Assembly (NCBI GenBank): GCA_963827475.1 | Contig: CAWHAZ010000005.1 | Span: forward strand, 448,001-512,000 | Reading direction: 5' to 3' | Length of the DNA: 64,000 nt | DNA from: an uncultured Chloroflexia bacterium | GTDB lineage: Bacteria; Chloroflexota; Limnocylindria; QHBO01 | Part shown: positions 15,601-25,879 of the stretch, in pieces | Position numbering within the stretch: the stretch's first letter is position 1 | Layout: the number at the start of each line of letters is the position of its first letter | Notes under the pieces: model-generated | Told to the model about the DNA's origin: nothing | The model's database searches: none | Seen by the model: only the letters and a program-made list of their open reading frames with translations | Made by a program: the position numbers and the translations under genes

Positions 15601-15893
15601 CCCGGCTGGACGTGGCCCGCGTGCTGGACGCGCTCGACCGCGGAACCGAAGCGGAAGCCGTCTTCGCCACGGCCGGCGAAGCCTTCCGCCAGCTGCCTTT
15701 CCAGGCCGATATCGCCGGGTTCGACCTGGCTCTCGGCGCCTTCCACATCGCCAACGGCCGGCTCGAGGAGGGGGAGCTGCTGGTCGCCAAGGCTCGCGCC
15801 GCGTTCGAGGCATTCCTCGGGCCGGGGACGCCGTACCTCGGCTACGCGGATCGAGTGGCGGCCGCGGCACGAGGCCGCGCGGAGTCGCGTTGA
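12690..15893 (+). CDS. Zinc ribbon + class III nucleotidyl cyclase + STAND/AAA ATPase + TPR-like protein
   Basis: CPNC..CSNC, LFADLV, GDAVM, NLAARL, Walker A GLPGVGKS, VEDIHWA, EGNPLFVEE, helical C-terminus. Confidence 0.92.
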   Translation: MTPCPNCGSSNAENARFCSNCGHALVTRVGIEERRHVTALFADLVASTALSDRLDPEIVRRVVSQFFERTIEEIRRFGGSAEQFRGDAVMALFGLQQAHEDDPERAVRAAFAVRDGLAALAPDAAQRHGIVLQLRIGIEAGEVVVGDPFGGSTMATGDVLNLAARLEEHAEPGEIVVGPAVHAATARDITYESAGRWEVRGKTEPIETWRAVTLPPEPGGLRGLPGRSAPLTGRDEEIALLRDAARRVANDRKTILFTILGLPGVGKSRLARELADELEATGWRVLYGRCLPYGEGITYWPLGEVIRDLAGITPELTSAQAQERLGAVSPDQDTADLLAFAIGLRADAPVSGEALDREIAFAVRRLVESPAAERPILLVVEDIHWAEPPLLDMLEYLATWTRDRSLLIVALARPDLIDHRPAWGSGRMEASRLHLEALSREQATSLVHALLAVDGLPDRLRGQVLDRAEGNPLFVEETIRMLIDDGSVVERDGAWVAASELAEVEVPETIEALVRARLDALPRDERSILQGAAVIGRTFQRSALATLMEEPVDALLEQAVLRDFVTEEPAADPSYRFKHTVIRDVAYASLPKARRAALHRRTVDWLTDWAGDRLDEFVEIEAHHLEQAVLLEAELQGHADADLVDRAIAALGRGTAKAAARDDLPAVISFARRALAIAPPESEARLEIETMLLEALFESGDFAAGRVLAASVAEGAAPAGRRDLRGRALLRIGVDTAVGTGGDRDVKRGVEILHQAREELRAAGDLAHESDVLYYLGFGGLIDGNLEAALGAWQEAAALAQRAGDAGREIRALQRVSHILFDAGRRDEAEQLLLQSAERASELSLVTQAQVWKSQGQYLTRYGIDLEGGRALLERALEVGEQSGDFDLRIGSLTGLAEAAVVSGDRAGALRWAAIHLDLVTSLDQDWMVAAAEHWMAQALLAAGNPAAAEPHAQRAVEYATGDDVSIAANARLDVARVLDALDRGTEAEAVFATAGEAFRQLPFQADIAGFDLALGAFHIANGRLEEGELLVAKARAAFEAFLGPGTPYLGYADRVAAAARGRAESR

Positions 15894-15919
15894 CAGCCCT
15901 TTGGCACCGGCGGTACGAT
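15890..15919 (+). promoter_or_regulatory. Sigma70-type promoter of the hrcA operon
   Basis: TTGACA (15890-15895), 18-bp spacer, TACGAT (15914-15919), just upstream of CIRCE. Confidence 0.7.
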
Positions 15920-15933
15920 CAAAACCGCCTGAA

Positions 15934-15960
15934 TTAGCACTCTCATCGGTAGAGTGCTAG
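15934..15960. promoter_or_regulatory. CIRCE element (HrcA operator)
   Basis: TTAGCACTC-N9-GAGTGCTAG directly upstream of hrcA. Confidence 0.95.
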
Positions 15961-15975
15961 CATCGCGAACACGAT

Positions 15976-17073
15976 ATGGCAGATCGCACGCCGCAGTCCT
16001 CCTCCGCGTCGCATCCGCCGGTCGACCTGACCGAGCGGCAGCGCGCCGTGCTGCGCGCGGTGGTCGAGGACTACGTCCTGAGTGCGGTGCCGGTCGGCTC
16101 CCAGGCGCTCGTACGCCGCTACGGGCTGCAGGTGAGCCCCGCCACGGTCCGCAGCGCGATGGCCGACCTCGAAGCCCTCGGCCTGCTGACCCACCCGCAC
16201 ACATCCGCCGGGCGCGTGCCGTCCGACCTCGGCTACCGCTACTACGTCGAGACCCTGATGCGCGAGTCGGAGCTCGATCGAGCGGACGCCCTCATGATTC
16301 GCCACCAGTTCTCGCAGGTGCAGCTCACCTCCAACGACTGGCTCCGCCTGGCCGCCTCCACCCTCGCCGCGTCCACCCGCGCGGCAGCGGTCGTCACGCC
16401 CGCCCGCTCGCGCCGCGCGAAGTTCGCCCACCTCCAGCTCGTGGACCTGGCTGACCACGCCCGGATGGCGGTCGTGGTCCTGACCGATGGCACGGTCGTG
16501 GAGCGCCACCTCGATCCGACCGCGTTGACCCGGGTCGCGGGCACGCCGCCGACCCAGGAGGACCTGGACGCCGCCGCCGCCGAGCTGAACGCCGAGCTGA
16601 ACGGACTCACCGCTCCCCAGGCGCGTCGCCGCGGCCGCAAGCTCACCCCGCTCGCCGCCCACGTGGCGCTGGCCGTGGCCGACATGCTCGAGGAGGCCGA
16701 TGGCACCTCGATCGAGGAGGTCTTCACCGACGGCCTGGCCTACGTCCTCGACCAGCCGGAGTTCGCCGGAGGCACCGCCCTGCGCCCGGTCCTCGAGGTC
16801 CTCCAGCGCGCCGACTTCCTCGAGCAGCTGCTCCCCGTGGTCACGCGACGGGGCGGGGTCCACGTGATCATCGGTCGCGAGAACCCGAACGACGCCATGC
16901 GTGAGGTCTCCCTGGTGTTCGCTCCCTACGGGACGCCGGACCGCGCCCTGGGCCTGCTGGGCGTGCTCGGCCCGACCCGGATGGCCTATCCCCGGGCCAT
17001 CCCCACCGTCCGGTTCGTGTCGAGCGTCCTGAACGAGCTCATCGACAGCCACTCCGGGTGGACCCATGACTGA
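15976..17073 (+). CDS. hrcA: Heat-inducible transcription repressor HrcA
   Basis: VSPATVR, HPHTSAGRVPSDLGYRYYV, GVLGPTRMAY. Confidence 0.97.
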   Translation: MADRTPQSSSASHPPVDLTERQRAVLRAVVEDYVLSAVPVGSQALVRRYGLQVSPATVRSAMADLEALGLLTHPHTSAGRVPSDLGYRYYVETLMRESELDRADALMIRHQFSQVQLTSNDWLRLAASTLAASTRAAAVVTPARSRRAKFAHLQLVDLADHARMAVVVLTDGTVVERHLDPTALTRVAGTPPTQEDLDAAAAELNAELNGLTAPQARRRGRKLTPLAAHVALAVADMLEEADGTSIEEVFTDGLAYVLDQPEFAGGTALRPVLEVLQRADFLEQLLPVVTRRGGVHVIIGRENPNDAMREVSLVFAPYGTPDRALGLLGVLGPTRMAYPRAIPTVRFVSSVLNELIDSHSGWTHD

Positions 17074-17638
17074 TTCCCGAACGAACGGCGAACCACGCCC
17101 GAAGACACGCGCCGAGGAGCGGGCCGAGGCGATCACGACCCCGTCGCGGAGCGACCTGCTCGAGCAGCTCACCGAAGCGGAGACCGCCCTCGCCCGCACG
17201 CGCGAGCAGGCCGACCAGAACCTGGCCAACTGGCAGCGGGCCGCGGCGGATTTCTCGAACTACAAGCGCCGGACCGAGGACGAGCGGACGGCCGTGGGCA
17301 TGATGGCCAACGCCGTCCTGCTCGGCCGCCTGCTGAGCGTCATCGATGACTTCGACCGGGCCCTGGAATCGGTCCCGGAGGACGTCCACGAGGGCTGGCT
17401 CGACGGCATTCGCCTCGTCGAGCGCAAGCTGCAGGCGCTGCTCGAGGCCGAGGGCGTGACCCCCATCGAGGCCATCGGTCAGCCCTTCGACCCCAACCTC
17501 CACGAGGCGGTCGTCCACGAGGAGACCGGCGAACACCCCGACAACACTGTCATCGGTGAGGTCCAGCGCGGGTACCTGCTCCATGAGCGGGTGCTCCGTC
17601 CCTCGCTGGTGCGCGTCGCCAACAACCCCGGAAAGTAG
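17066..17638 (+). CDS. grpE: Nucleotide exchange factor GrpE
   Basis: ADFSNYKRR, FDPNLHEAV, RGYLLHERVLRP. Confidence 0.97.
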   Translation: MTDSRTNGEPRPKTRAEERAEAITTPSRSDLLEQLTEAETALARTREQADQNLANWQRAAADFSNYKRRTEDERTAVGMMANAVLLGRLLSVIDDFDRALESVPEDVHEGWLDGIRLVERKLQALLEAEGVTPIEAIGQPFDPNLHEAVVHEETGEHPDNTVIGEVQRGYLLHERVLRPSLVRVANNPGK

Positions 17639-17650
17639 GTACGAAACAAG

Positions 17651-19585
17651 ATGGGAAAGATCATCGGTATTGACCTCGGCACCACGAACAGCGTGGTGGC
17701 CGTGATGGAGGGCGGCGAGCCGACCGTCATCACCAGCGCGGAGGGCTCGCGCATCACGCCGTCGGTGGTGGGCTTCGCGAAGAGCGGAGAGCGGCTGGTG
17801 GGCCAGGTCGCCAAGCGGCAGGCCATCACCAACCCGGAGAACACTGTCTTCTCCATCAAGCGGTTCATGGGCCGCCGGTGGGACGACCCCGAGGTCCAGC
17901 ACTCGAAGGACATGGTTCCGTACACCGTCGACAAGGACCCGAAGTCGGACGGGATCACCGTGACCCTGGCCAACGGCAAGAGCTACAGCCCGCCGGAGAT
18001 CAGCGCGATGATCCTCCAGAAGCTGAAGTCCGACGCCGAGGCGTACCTGGGCGAGAAGGTGACCGAGGCGGTCATCACCGTCCCGGCCTACTTCGACGAC
18101 ACCCAGCGCCAGGCGACCAAGGACGCGGGCCGGATCGCCGGCCTCGACGTGAAGCGGATCGTGAACGAGCCCACCGCGTCGGCCCTGGCCTACGGCCTCG
18201 ACAAGCAAAAGGAAGAGAAGATCGCCGTCTACGACCTGGGCGGCGGCACGTTCGACATCTCCATCCTCGAGCTGTCGGAGGGCGTGTTCGAGGTCCGTTC
18301 GACGAACGGCGACACCCACCTGGGTGGCGATGACTTCGACCAGCGGATCATCGAGTGGCTGAGCGCCGAGTTCAAGAAGGACCAGGGCATCGACCTGTCC
18401 AAGGATCGGATCGCCCTCCAGCGCCTGAAGGAAGCCGCGGAGAAGGCGAAGATCGAGCTGTCGACCACGACCTCGACCGAGGTCAACCTGCCGTTCATCA
18501 GTGCCGACGCCGAGGGCCCCAAGCACCTGGTCATGACCCTGACCCGGGCCAAGCTCGAGGACCTGGTCGCGGACCTCGTGAGCGGCACGGAGGGCCCGGT
18601 CCGCCAGGCCCTGACCGATGCCGGGATCAAGCCGTCGGAGATCGACGAGGTGATCCTGGTCGGCGGCCAGACCCGCATGCCGGCGGTCGTCGAGGCAGTG
18701 AAGAAGATGTTCGCCGGGAAGGAGCCACACAAGGGCGTCAACCCCGACGAGGTGGTCGCGGTGGGCGCCGCCATCCAGGCCGGTGTCCTGGGCGGCGAGG
18801 TGAAGGACGTCCTCCTGCTGGACGTCACGCCGCTGTCGCTGGGGATCGAGACCCTCGGCGGCGTGGCGACGAAGATGATCAACCGCAACACGACCATCCC
18901 GACCTCGCACACCCAGATCTTCTCCACCGCGTCGGACAACCAGCCGAGCGTGGACATCGTGGTCCTGCAGGGGGAGCGGGAGATGGCGGCCGACAACAAG
19001 AAGCTGGCCACCTTCCGGCTCGACGGCATCCCCCCGGCTCCCCGGGGCGTGCCCCAGATCGAGGTCACGTTCGACATCGACGCCAACGGCATCCTGAACG
19101 TGGCGGCGAAGGACAAGGCCACCAACAAGGAGCAGAAGGTGGCGATCACCGCCTCCTCGATGCTGGCCAAGGAAGACGTAGACCAGATGGTCCGCGATGC
19201 GGCCGAACACGCGGAGGAGGACCGCAAGCGGCGCCACGAGGCGGAGTCCCGCAACGAGGCCGACGCGCTCACCTTCCAGGCCGAGCGGCTGCTCAAGGAC
19301 CTCGAGGGCAAGGTCTCGGATACCGATAAGGCCGAGATCGAGACCAAGGTGGCGGCCGTGCGCGAGGCCCTGGCCGGCGACGATGCCGGAGCGATCGACT
19401 CGACCAAGCAGCAGCTGGCCGAGGTCCTCCAGCGGGTCGGCGCCCAGGCCTACGCCGAGGCGCCCGCGTCCGAGGGTCCGACCGATGGGACCAGCGGCAA
19501 TGGGGCCGCGCCCGAAGGCGAGACGACCGAGGGCGAGGGCGAGGGGGAAGAGGAGACGATCGAGGGGGAGTACAAGGAGGTCTAA
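17651..19585 (+). CDS. dnaK: Chaperone DnaK
   Basis: [34 protein letters not shown]. Confidence 0.99.
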   Translation: MGKIIGIDLGTTNSVVAVMEGGEPTVITSAEGSRITPSVVGFAKSGERLVGQVAKRQAITNPENTVFSIKRFMGRRWDDPEVQHSKDMVPYTVDKDPKSDGITVTLANGKSYSPPEISAMILQKLKSDAEAYLGEKVTEAVITVPAYFDDTQRQATKDAGRIAGLDVKRIVNEPTASALAYGLDKQKEEKIAVYDLGGGTFDISILELSEGVFEVRSTNGDTHLGGDDFDQRIIEWLSAEFKKDQGIDLSKDRIALQRLKEAAEKAKIELSTTTSTEVNLPFISADAEGPKHLVMTLTRAKLEDLVADLVSGTEGPVRQALTDAGIKPSEIDEVILVGGQTRMPAVVEAVKKMFAGKEPHKGVNPDEVVAVGAAIQAGVLGGEVKDVLLLDVTPLSLGIETLGGVATKMINRNTTIPTSHTQIFSTASDNQPSVDIVVLQGEREMAADNKKLATFRLDGIPPAPRGVPQIEVTFDIDANGILNVAAKDKATNKEQKVAITASSMLAKEDVDQMVRDAAEHAEEDRKRRHEAESRNEADALTFQAERLLKDLEGKVSDTDKAEIETKVAAVREALAGDDAGAIDSTKQQLAEVLQRVGAQAYAEAPASEGPTDGTSGNGAAPEGETTEGEGEGEEETIEGEYKEV

Positions 19586-19595
19586 GGGCCTTCCA

Positions 19596-19710
19596 GACCC
19601 GGGATAGGGCCGGGCGCCCGCCCCTCGTCGGCTTCCGCGACGAGCTCGGGGCCGGTCGCCCGGCCCCTGTTCGCACCCCGGGAAGTGCCCTCGGATCACC
19701 GTCCCGGGTC
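19596..19710 (+). terminator. Nested inverted-repeat structure downstream of dnaK (terminator/stabiliser candidate)
   Basis: GACCCGGGA(19596)/TCCCGGGTC(19702) encloses GGGCCGGGCG(19607)/CGCCCGGCCC(19657) and CTCGTCG/CGACGAG. Confidence 0.5.
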
Positions 19711-19769
19711 CGTAGTCAGGTCCGCGCGGTCCGTGCCGGCTCGTCTCTGCGCCGCCTATCCTGCGTTCG

Positions 19770-20442
19770 GTGGCAGCCGATCGAGCCTCGGTCGCGTTTC
19801 TGTTCGATGTCGACAACACGCTGCTCGACAACGATCGGGTGAAGGCGGAGCTGGCCGAGGGGATCGAGAACGCGGTGGGGGAGGCGGCGGGAGCCAGGTT
19901 CTGGGAGATCTACGAGGACGTGCGGCGGATGCGCGACTTCGTGGACTACCCGAGGACGCTGGAGCGGTTTCGGGAGGCGTTCCCGCGCGAGCCGGGGTTC
20001 CCGGCGGTGGCGGAGATGGTGCTCGGCTATCCGTATCGGTCAGTCCTGTATCCCGGTGCGCTCGAGGTCCTGGCCCGGGTGCAGACCATCGGTCCGGCGG
20101 CGATCGTGACCGACGGTGATCCCGTGTACCAGGCGGCGAAGGTGGCACGGGCAGGCCTGGCCGATGCGGTCGAGCAGCGGGTGTTCCTGTTCGCCCACAA
20201 GGAGTCGCATTGGTCCGAGGTCGCGGCGGCGGTGCCGGCGGATCGGTACGTGATGTTCGAGGACAAAGCCGACGTGCTGGCGACCATCAAGCGGCTGGAC
20301 GAGCGTGTGCTGACCGTCCACGTCCGCCAGGGCCACTACGGCGAGGCGGATATCAGTGACGTCCGCCCGGCGCCTGATCGGTCGCTGGCTCGGATCGGCG
20401 ACCTGCTGGAACTCGACCTGGCGGACGTTCCTGGCCGGCTAG
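19770..20442 (+). CDS. HAD-family hydrolase; probable indel near 20423, true stop TAG 20440-20442
   Basis: FDVDNTL motif I, VTDG, FEDK. The listed ORF runs on into the opposing gene, and removing one base gives ...DLATFLAG*. Confidence 0.8.
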
Positions 20443-20445
20443 CGG

Positions 20446-21958
20446 CTACTCGAGCAGGACTCCGGCGGTCAGGACGAGCATCGAGAGGATGGCCAGGATC
20501 AGGAGCATCGGCCAGACGAAGTTTGAGCCAGGTGCCGTAGCCGATGCGGGCGATCGCCAGGCCGCCCATGACCACCGCCGACGTCGGGGTGATGAGGTTG
20601 ATCAGCCCGTTGCCGGTCTGGTACGCGGTCACGACCAGGAACTCGGGGACTCCGGCGAAGCCGGCCAGCGGCGCCATGATCGGCATGGCGACCGTGGCCA
20701 GGCCCGACGACGAGGGGATGAGGAACGACAGCGGCAGGAAGAGCCCGAACATCAGGTTGATGAACAGCACGCCGCCCAGGCCGGCCACCGCCTGTTCGGC
20801 GGCGTTGAGGACGGTATCGGTGATCAGCCCGTTGTTCATGACCACCGTGATGCCCGCGCGCGATGCCGATGATCAGCGCGACGCCGAGCAGGTCGCGCGC
20901 GCCATCCACGAACGTGGCGGTCAGCTCGCCCTCCTTCATCCGCGCGACCACGCCGATGAGGATCGCGAACAGGAGGAACGAGGCGGTCATCTCGGGGAAC
21001 CACCACCACAGGGTCGGGATGGGGATCCCGAGGTCCTCCCACGGGATGACGCCGTAGATCATCACCGCGAAGGCGAGGAAGAACAGGGCGAGCACCGCCT
21101 TCTCCCGCCCCGGGAGCGCCGCGTCCGTCTCCGTCGGCCGCGTCGGCGCCCTGGAAGGCGGCCTCGTTTTCGGCCTTCTGGGCGTACACCAGCGACTTCG
21201 TCGGGTCGGCCTTGACCTTGGCCGCGTAGCGCATGACGAACCAGATGCCGATGGCCGTGCCGATCGACGAGGATGACCAGCCGCCCGATGAGCCCCTGGT
21301 CGATGGTCGTGCCCGCGAACCCGGACGCGATCCCGGTCGCGAAGGGGTTGATCGTCGAGCCGAGGACCCCGATCCCGCAGCCGAGCAGGAGCAGGGAGGC
21401 CCCGACCATGGTGTCGTACCCGGCCGCGACCATGACCGTGACGATCAGGACGTAGAAGGCGAGGCTCTCCTCGTTCATCCCGAAGGTCGTGCCGCCGATG
21501 GCGAACACGATCATCAGGATCGGGATCATCCATTGCTCGCGGCCGCGGAACCGAGACACGATCCGGGCGATCCCGTCGTTGATCGCGCCGGTCTTCATCG
21601 TGATCCCCAGGAACCCGCCGATCACGAGCACGAACAGGGCGACGTCGATGGCGCCGAACAGCTCACCGCTGTTCCAGACGCTGATGCTGCCGTCCTCGGC
21701 CTCGATCCCGTACAGGCCGTTGATGGGTGCCAGGAGCGAGTCGGTGATGATCCGCTGCGGGTTCTGGTCGACCTGCTCGTACGTGCCCGGGATGGGCTGA
21801 CCGTTCTCGTCCAGCTGGTACTCCCCGGCCGGGATGATCCAGGTCGCGATGGCGACCAGGACGATGAGCAGGAACAGGATGGTGTAGGCGCTCGGCAGCG
21901 CGAAGCCCTTCTTCTCGGGGGCCGGCGCAGCCGGTGAGGTCGTCTCCGACGCGGTCAT
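20446..21958 (-). CDS. YfcC-family (basic amino acid antiporter) transporter, about 4 apparent frameshifts
   Basis: LPSAYTILF...TWIIPAGEY, GSTINPFATGIAS, IPSSSGLA...MPIMAPL, NLITPTSAVVMGGL spread over successive frames. Confidence 0.85.
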
Positions 21959-23467
21959 GACGCGACTGCCTCCGCGGGTGCCTCGGGTGGCTCAACCGGT
22001 GGAACATGCTCGATGCGGAAGCCGGTGAAGCCGTAGATCAGCGAGATCAGCGGACTGAGCAGGTTGAAGAAGCAGTACGGCAGGTAGGCCACGGTGGCCA
22101 CTCCCAGGACGCCCGCCATGTACGCCCCGCAGCTGTTCCAGGGAACGAGCGGTGAGGTCACCGTCCCCGAGTCCTCCACCGCCCTGCGACAGCATCCGCG
22201 GGGCGATGCCGCGCTTGGCGAACTCCGCCCGGTAGATCCGGCTGGGCATGACGATGGCCACGTACTGGTCGCCGGCGATGATGTTCAGGCCGATGCAGGT
22301 CGCGACCACCGAGGCGATGAGGCGCCCGGTGGACTTCGCCCCGGCCAGGACCGGACGGATGAGCCGCTCCAGGAAGCCGGCGTCCTCCATGATCGCCGCG
22401 AACGACAGGGCGCCGAGGACCAGCCAGATGGTGAACAGCATCGACGACATCCCGCCCCGCGAGAAGAGCGCGTCGATGGTCTCGTTTCCGCTCTCGAGCT
22501 CGAATCCGTTCGCCAGCGCGGCGTAGATCGGCCTCGATCGCGACGAGCACCGGCCCCTGGTCGGGCTTCCCCACGAATGCCTCGACCAGCGCCGGCTGGG
22601 TGAACACGGCCAGGACGGCGGCAAAGATGGCGCTGAGGAAGATGGCGAGGAACGGCGGCGCCCGGCGGACGGACATGATCACGAGCAGGATCAGGGGCAG
22701 GAAGTTGATCAGCGAGATCTGGTACGACTCGGCCAGGAGGGCCTGGGTATCGGCCGGATCGAATGCCGGTCCCGGAGGCGGGTGTCACCAGGCCGATGAT
22801 CGTGAACCCGACGATGGCGAGTACCACGGCCGGGCCCGAGGTCCAGATCATGGCCCCGATGTGCTGGTTGGTCGTCACGTTCTCCACCATCGATGGCACC
22901 AGCACGGTCGTTTCGGAGATCGGCGTCATCTTGTCCCCGAAGTACGCGCCCGAGATGACGGCCCCGGCCGCGATGACCGGGTTGGCGCCGACCAGCGGTG
23001 CGAGGGCCACGAACGCCACGCCCAGGGTGGCGGCGGTCGTCCACGAGCTGCCGATGGACAAGCCCGACCAGGCCACAGACGATGGCGGTTGCCGGGTAGA
23101 ACCAGTCCTCGCTCAGCAGCCCGACGCCGTAGTAGACGACGGTCGGGATCGTGCCCGCCATGTTCCACGCGCCGATGAGCGCGCCGACGGCCAGCAGGAT
23201 GAAGACCGCGCTCAGGGCGGAGGCGATGCCGCCGACCGCGGCGCCCCGGACGCGGGCCGCGGTATGGCCGTTCTTGAACGCCACCAGTGCGGCGACGACG
23301 GCGGCGCCCAGGAGGGCGACCTGCAGCGGCCCGCCGGTGGCGTCCGTCCCGAAGATGGTGATCGTGAGCAGGATGAGGACGACGAGCGCGATGACCGGGA
23401 TCAGCGCATCGAGGAACGATGGCTCGCGCGGGACGCGGGTCTCTTCGGGGTGGACGTCCCCGGTCAT
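21955..23467 (-). CDS. NhaC-family antiporter (candidate arginine/ornithine antiporter), about 4 apparent frameshifts
   Basis: GSSWTT, SGAYFGDKMTPISETT, SRGGMSSM, GDQYVAI, EDSGTVTSPLVPWNSCG. Confidence 0.88.
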
Positions 23468-23495
23468 GTGTTCCTCCGCCTTCAGGCGACGATGG

Positions 23496-23645
23496 TCAGG
23501 CCATGGAGGTTGCGACGGCCGTTGTCGGAGCGTCGCCGCGATCGCGGGCGTGGTCCGGCGTTCCCTGGGCCAGGGCCACCAGCAGCACGATAGCCGCCAC
23601 CAGCAGCACGGTGACGACCCAATTCGACACGTCTCGCGTTTCCAT
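23496..23645 (-). CDS. Small 49-aa single-TM/secreted protein (not in ORF track)
   Basis: METRDVSNWVVTVLLVAAIVLLVALAQGTPDHARDRGDAPTTAVATSMA*. SD GAGGTG overlaps the arcA stop, and the ORF fills the arcA-nhaC gap. Confidence 0.6.
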   Translation of the reverse strand: METRDVSNWVVTVLLVAAIVLLVALAQGTPDHARDRGDAPTTAVATSMA

Positions 23646-23655
23646 CTCGGTCACC

Positions 23656-24918
23656 TCAGATCGGGTCGCGGGTGATCGGGCAGGTCATGCAGTGCCCGCC
23701 ACCTCGGCCCTTGCCCAGCTCGAACCCCTCGATGGTGACGACCTCGACGCCGGCCTCGCGCATCTTCGAGATCGTGAACGTGTTGCGCTCGTAGGCGACC
23801 ACCACGCCCGGCTCGAGGGCCACGACGTTGTTCCCATCGTCCCACTGCTCGCGCTGCTGCTGGTACGCGTCCCCGCCGGTCTCGACCACGTGGAGCTTCG
23901 CGATGCCCAGCGCGTCCTCGACCGCCGAGACGAGGTCCTTGTCCGGGCGGACGTCGAGGGTGCCCTCCTTCTCGCCGGGCCGGATGCTGAAGGCCCGGAT
24001 GCCCTCCACGACCTTGGGGAAGGCGGTCGCCTTGTCGCGGTCGAGCATGGTGAACACCGTGTCGAGGTGCATGTGGGCCCGGTCCTTGGTCATGACCGCC
24101 GCGATCACCCGGTTGGCGGCGCCCTTGGCGAACAGCGCGCGGGCGATGATCTCGATCATCCGCCCGGTGGTCCGCTCCGACATGCCGATCGCCACCGCGC
24201 CGTTGCCGATGATCTCGACGTCGCCGCCCTCCAGCGACGCCAGGCCGAAGTCCTCCGCGTGGAACCGATCGTCCTCGCCCAGCGGCGGGTACCACCAGTC
24301 GAAGCCGGCGTCGCGGAACATCGGGTGGCCGCGGTAGATGGCGGCCATGTTGTACGCCTCGCGGCGGCGGGCCGGCCAGTACATCGGATTCACCGAGACG
24401 CCGCCGTAGATCCAGCACGACGAGTCGCGCATGAACAGCGTGTTCGGCACCGGCGGCAGGATGAAGATCCGGTCGTCGTCGATCGCCGACGCGATGAGGG
24501 ACCGGCTCCCCAGCTGACCGAGGTCGAGCCCGCTCTCGCCGACGGTGAGCCCACCGATGAGATGCTTGGCGAGGACGTCCGGCGCCATGGCCGCCAGCAT
24601 GCTGCGGACGTCGTCCACCAGCGCCGGCCCGACCACGTGCTCGGTGGTGACCCGCTCGACGAGCCGCTGGCGGACGTCCGGGTTGGCGGCCAGCGCCTCC
24701 CCCAGGAGGTCCTGGACGTAGAACACCTCGGTGCCACGCTCCCGCATGCGGGCCACGAACTGGTCGTGCTCCCACTGGGCGCGCTCGACCCACAGGACGT
24801 CGTCGAACAGGAGCTCGTCGTGGTTGTCCGGCGTGAGCCGCTTCAGGCTGAGCTCAGGCCGATGGACGATGACCTGGCGCAGCTTGCCAACCTCGGAATG
24901 GACACCGAACGCGGTCAT
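23656..24918 (-). CDS. arcA: Arginine deiminase
   Basis: [39 protein letters not shown]. Confidence 0.97.
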   Translation of the reverse strand: MTAFGVHSEVGKLRQVIVHRPELSLKRLTPDNHDELLFDDVLWVERAQWEHDQFVARMRERGTEVFYVQDLLGEALAANPDVRQRLVERVTTEHVVGPALVDDVRSMLAAMAPDVLAKHLIGGLTVGESGLDLGQLGSRSLIASAIDDDRIFILPPVPNTLFMRDSSCWIYGGVSVNPMYWPARRREAYNMAAIYRGHPMFRDAGFDWWYPPLGEDDRFHAEDFGLASLEGGDVEIIGNGAVAIGMSERTTGRMIEIIARALFAKGAANRVIAAVMTKDRAHMHLDTVFTMLDRDKATAFPKVVEGIRAFSIRPGEKEGTLDVRPDKDLVSAVEDALGIAKLHVVETGGDAYQQQREQWDDGNNVVALEPGVVVAYERNTFTISKMREAGVEVVTIEGFELGKGRGGGHCMTCPITRDPI

Positions 24919-24930
24919 GCCGAACGCTCC

Positions 24931-25848
24931 TTACGAACTCGCTACGTTGGTGCCGGCGGTCCCGGCCACCATGCCGTCGATATCGGCCAGGGCACCGATG
25001 ACCGCCCGCTTGCCGGTCGCCGACGCGAACTCCACCGCGGCGTCCACCTTGGGTCCCATCGACCCGGCCGGGAACCCGTGGTCGCGGAGCTCGTCCGGGC
25101 GTGATGCGGTCGATCCGTGCCTGGTCGGGCGTGCCCCAGTCGCGGTACACCCCGTCCACGTCGGTGGCCATGATGTAGAGGTCCGCCTCCAGGTCGCGGG
25201 CGAGCAGACTGCTGGCCAGGTCCTTGTCGATGACCGCCTCGACCCCGACCAGCTGCCGGTTTGCGCCCCGGGCGTACATCGTCGGAATGCCCCCGCCCCC
25301 GGCGCAGATGATCACCACCCCCTGGTCGAGCAGCCAGCGCATCGGTCGCAGCTCGAAGATCCGCAGCGGTCGCGGGGAGGGGACGACGCGGCGCCAGTGC
25401 GGGCCGTCGGGCTTCACCGCCCAGCCCTTGTCCGCCGCCAGCGCCTTGGCCGTCGCCTCGTCGTAGATCGGTCCCACGAACTTGGTGGGGTCCCCGAATG
25501 CCGGGTCGTCGGGGTCGACCTCGACCATGGACAGGATGGTGGCCAGCGGGACCTCGAACGGAAGCCGGTTCCCGAGCTCCTGCTCGAGCAGGTACCCGAT
25601 CATGCCCTGGGTCTCGGCGCCCAGGATGTCCAACGGATAGGGCTCGACGTCGGGATACGCCGCGGCCTGGAGGGCGAGCAGCCCCACCTGCGGTCCATTG
25701 CCGTGGGACACGATCAGCTGATGTTGCCCTGCGCCACCCGCGCCAGGCCGTCGGCCGCGACCCGGACGTTCGCGCGCTGGGCGTCGGCCGTCATCGGCTC
25801 GCCGCGCTTCAGGAGCGCGTTGCCGCCGAGGGCGATCACGACACGCAT
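24931..25848 (-). CDS. arcC: Carbamate kinase, 2 apparent frameshifts (near 25735 and 25100)
   Basis: [50 protein letters not shown]. Confidence 0.93.
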
Positions 25849-25879
25849 CGGTCCGGTTCCCTCCGTTCGGCGAGTCCGC

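Noticed and set aside
19714-19740. GTCAGGTCCG resembling SRP RNA domain IV
   Set aside because: The required downstream GAAGGAAGCAGC is absent.
17039-19831. 930-aa antisense ORF opposite grpE-dnaK
   Set aside because: Known shadow ORF caused by GC-biased codon usage of dnaK. It has no recognisable motifs.
19770-20540. 95-nt convergent overlap of HAD and yfcC-family genes
   Set aside because: One extra base near 20423 explains it. The corrected genes end 3 nt apart.
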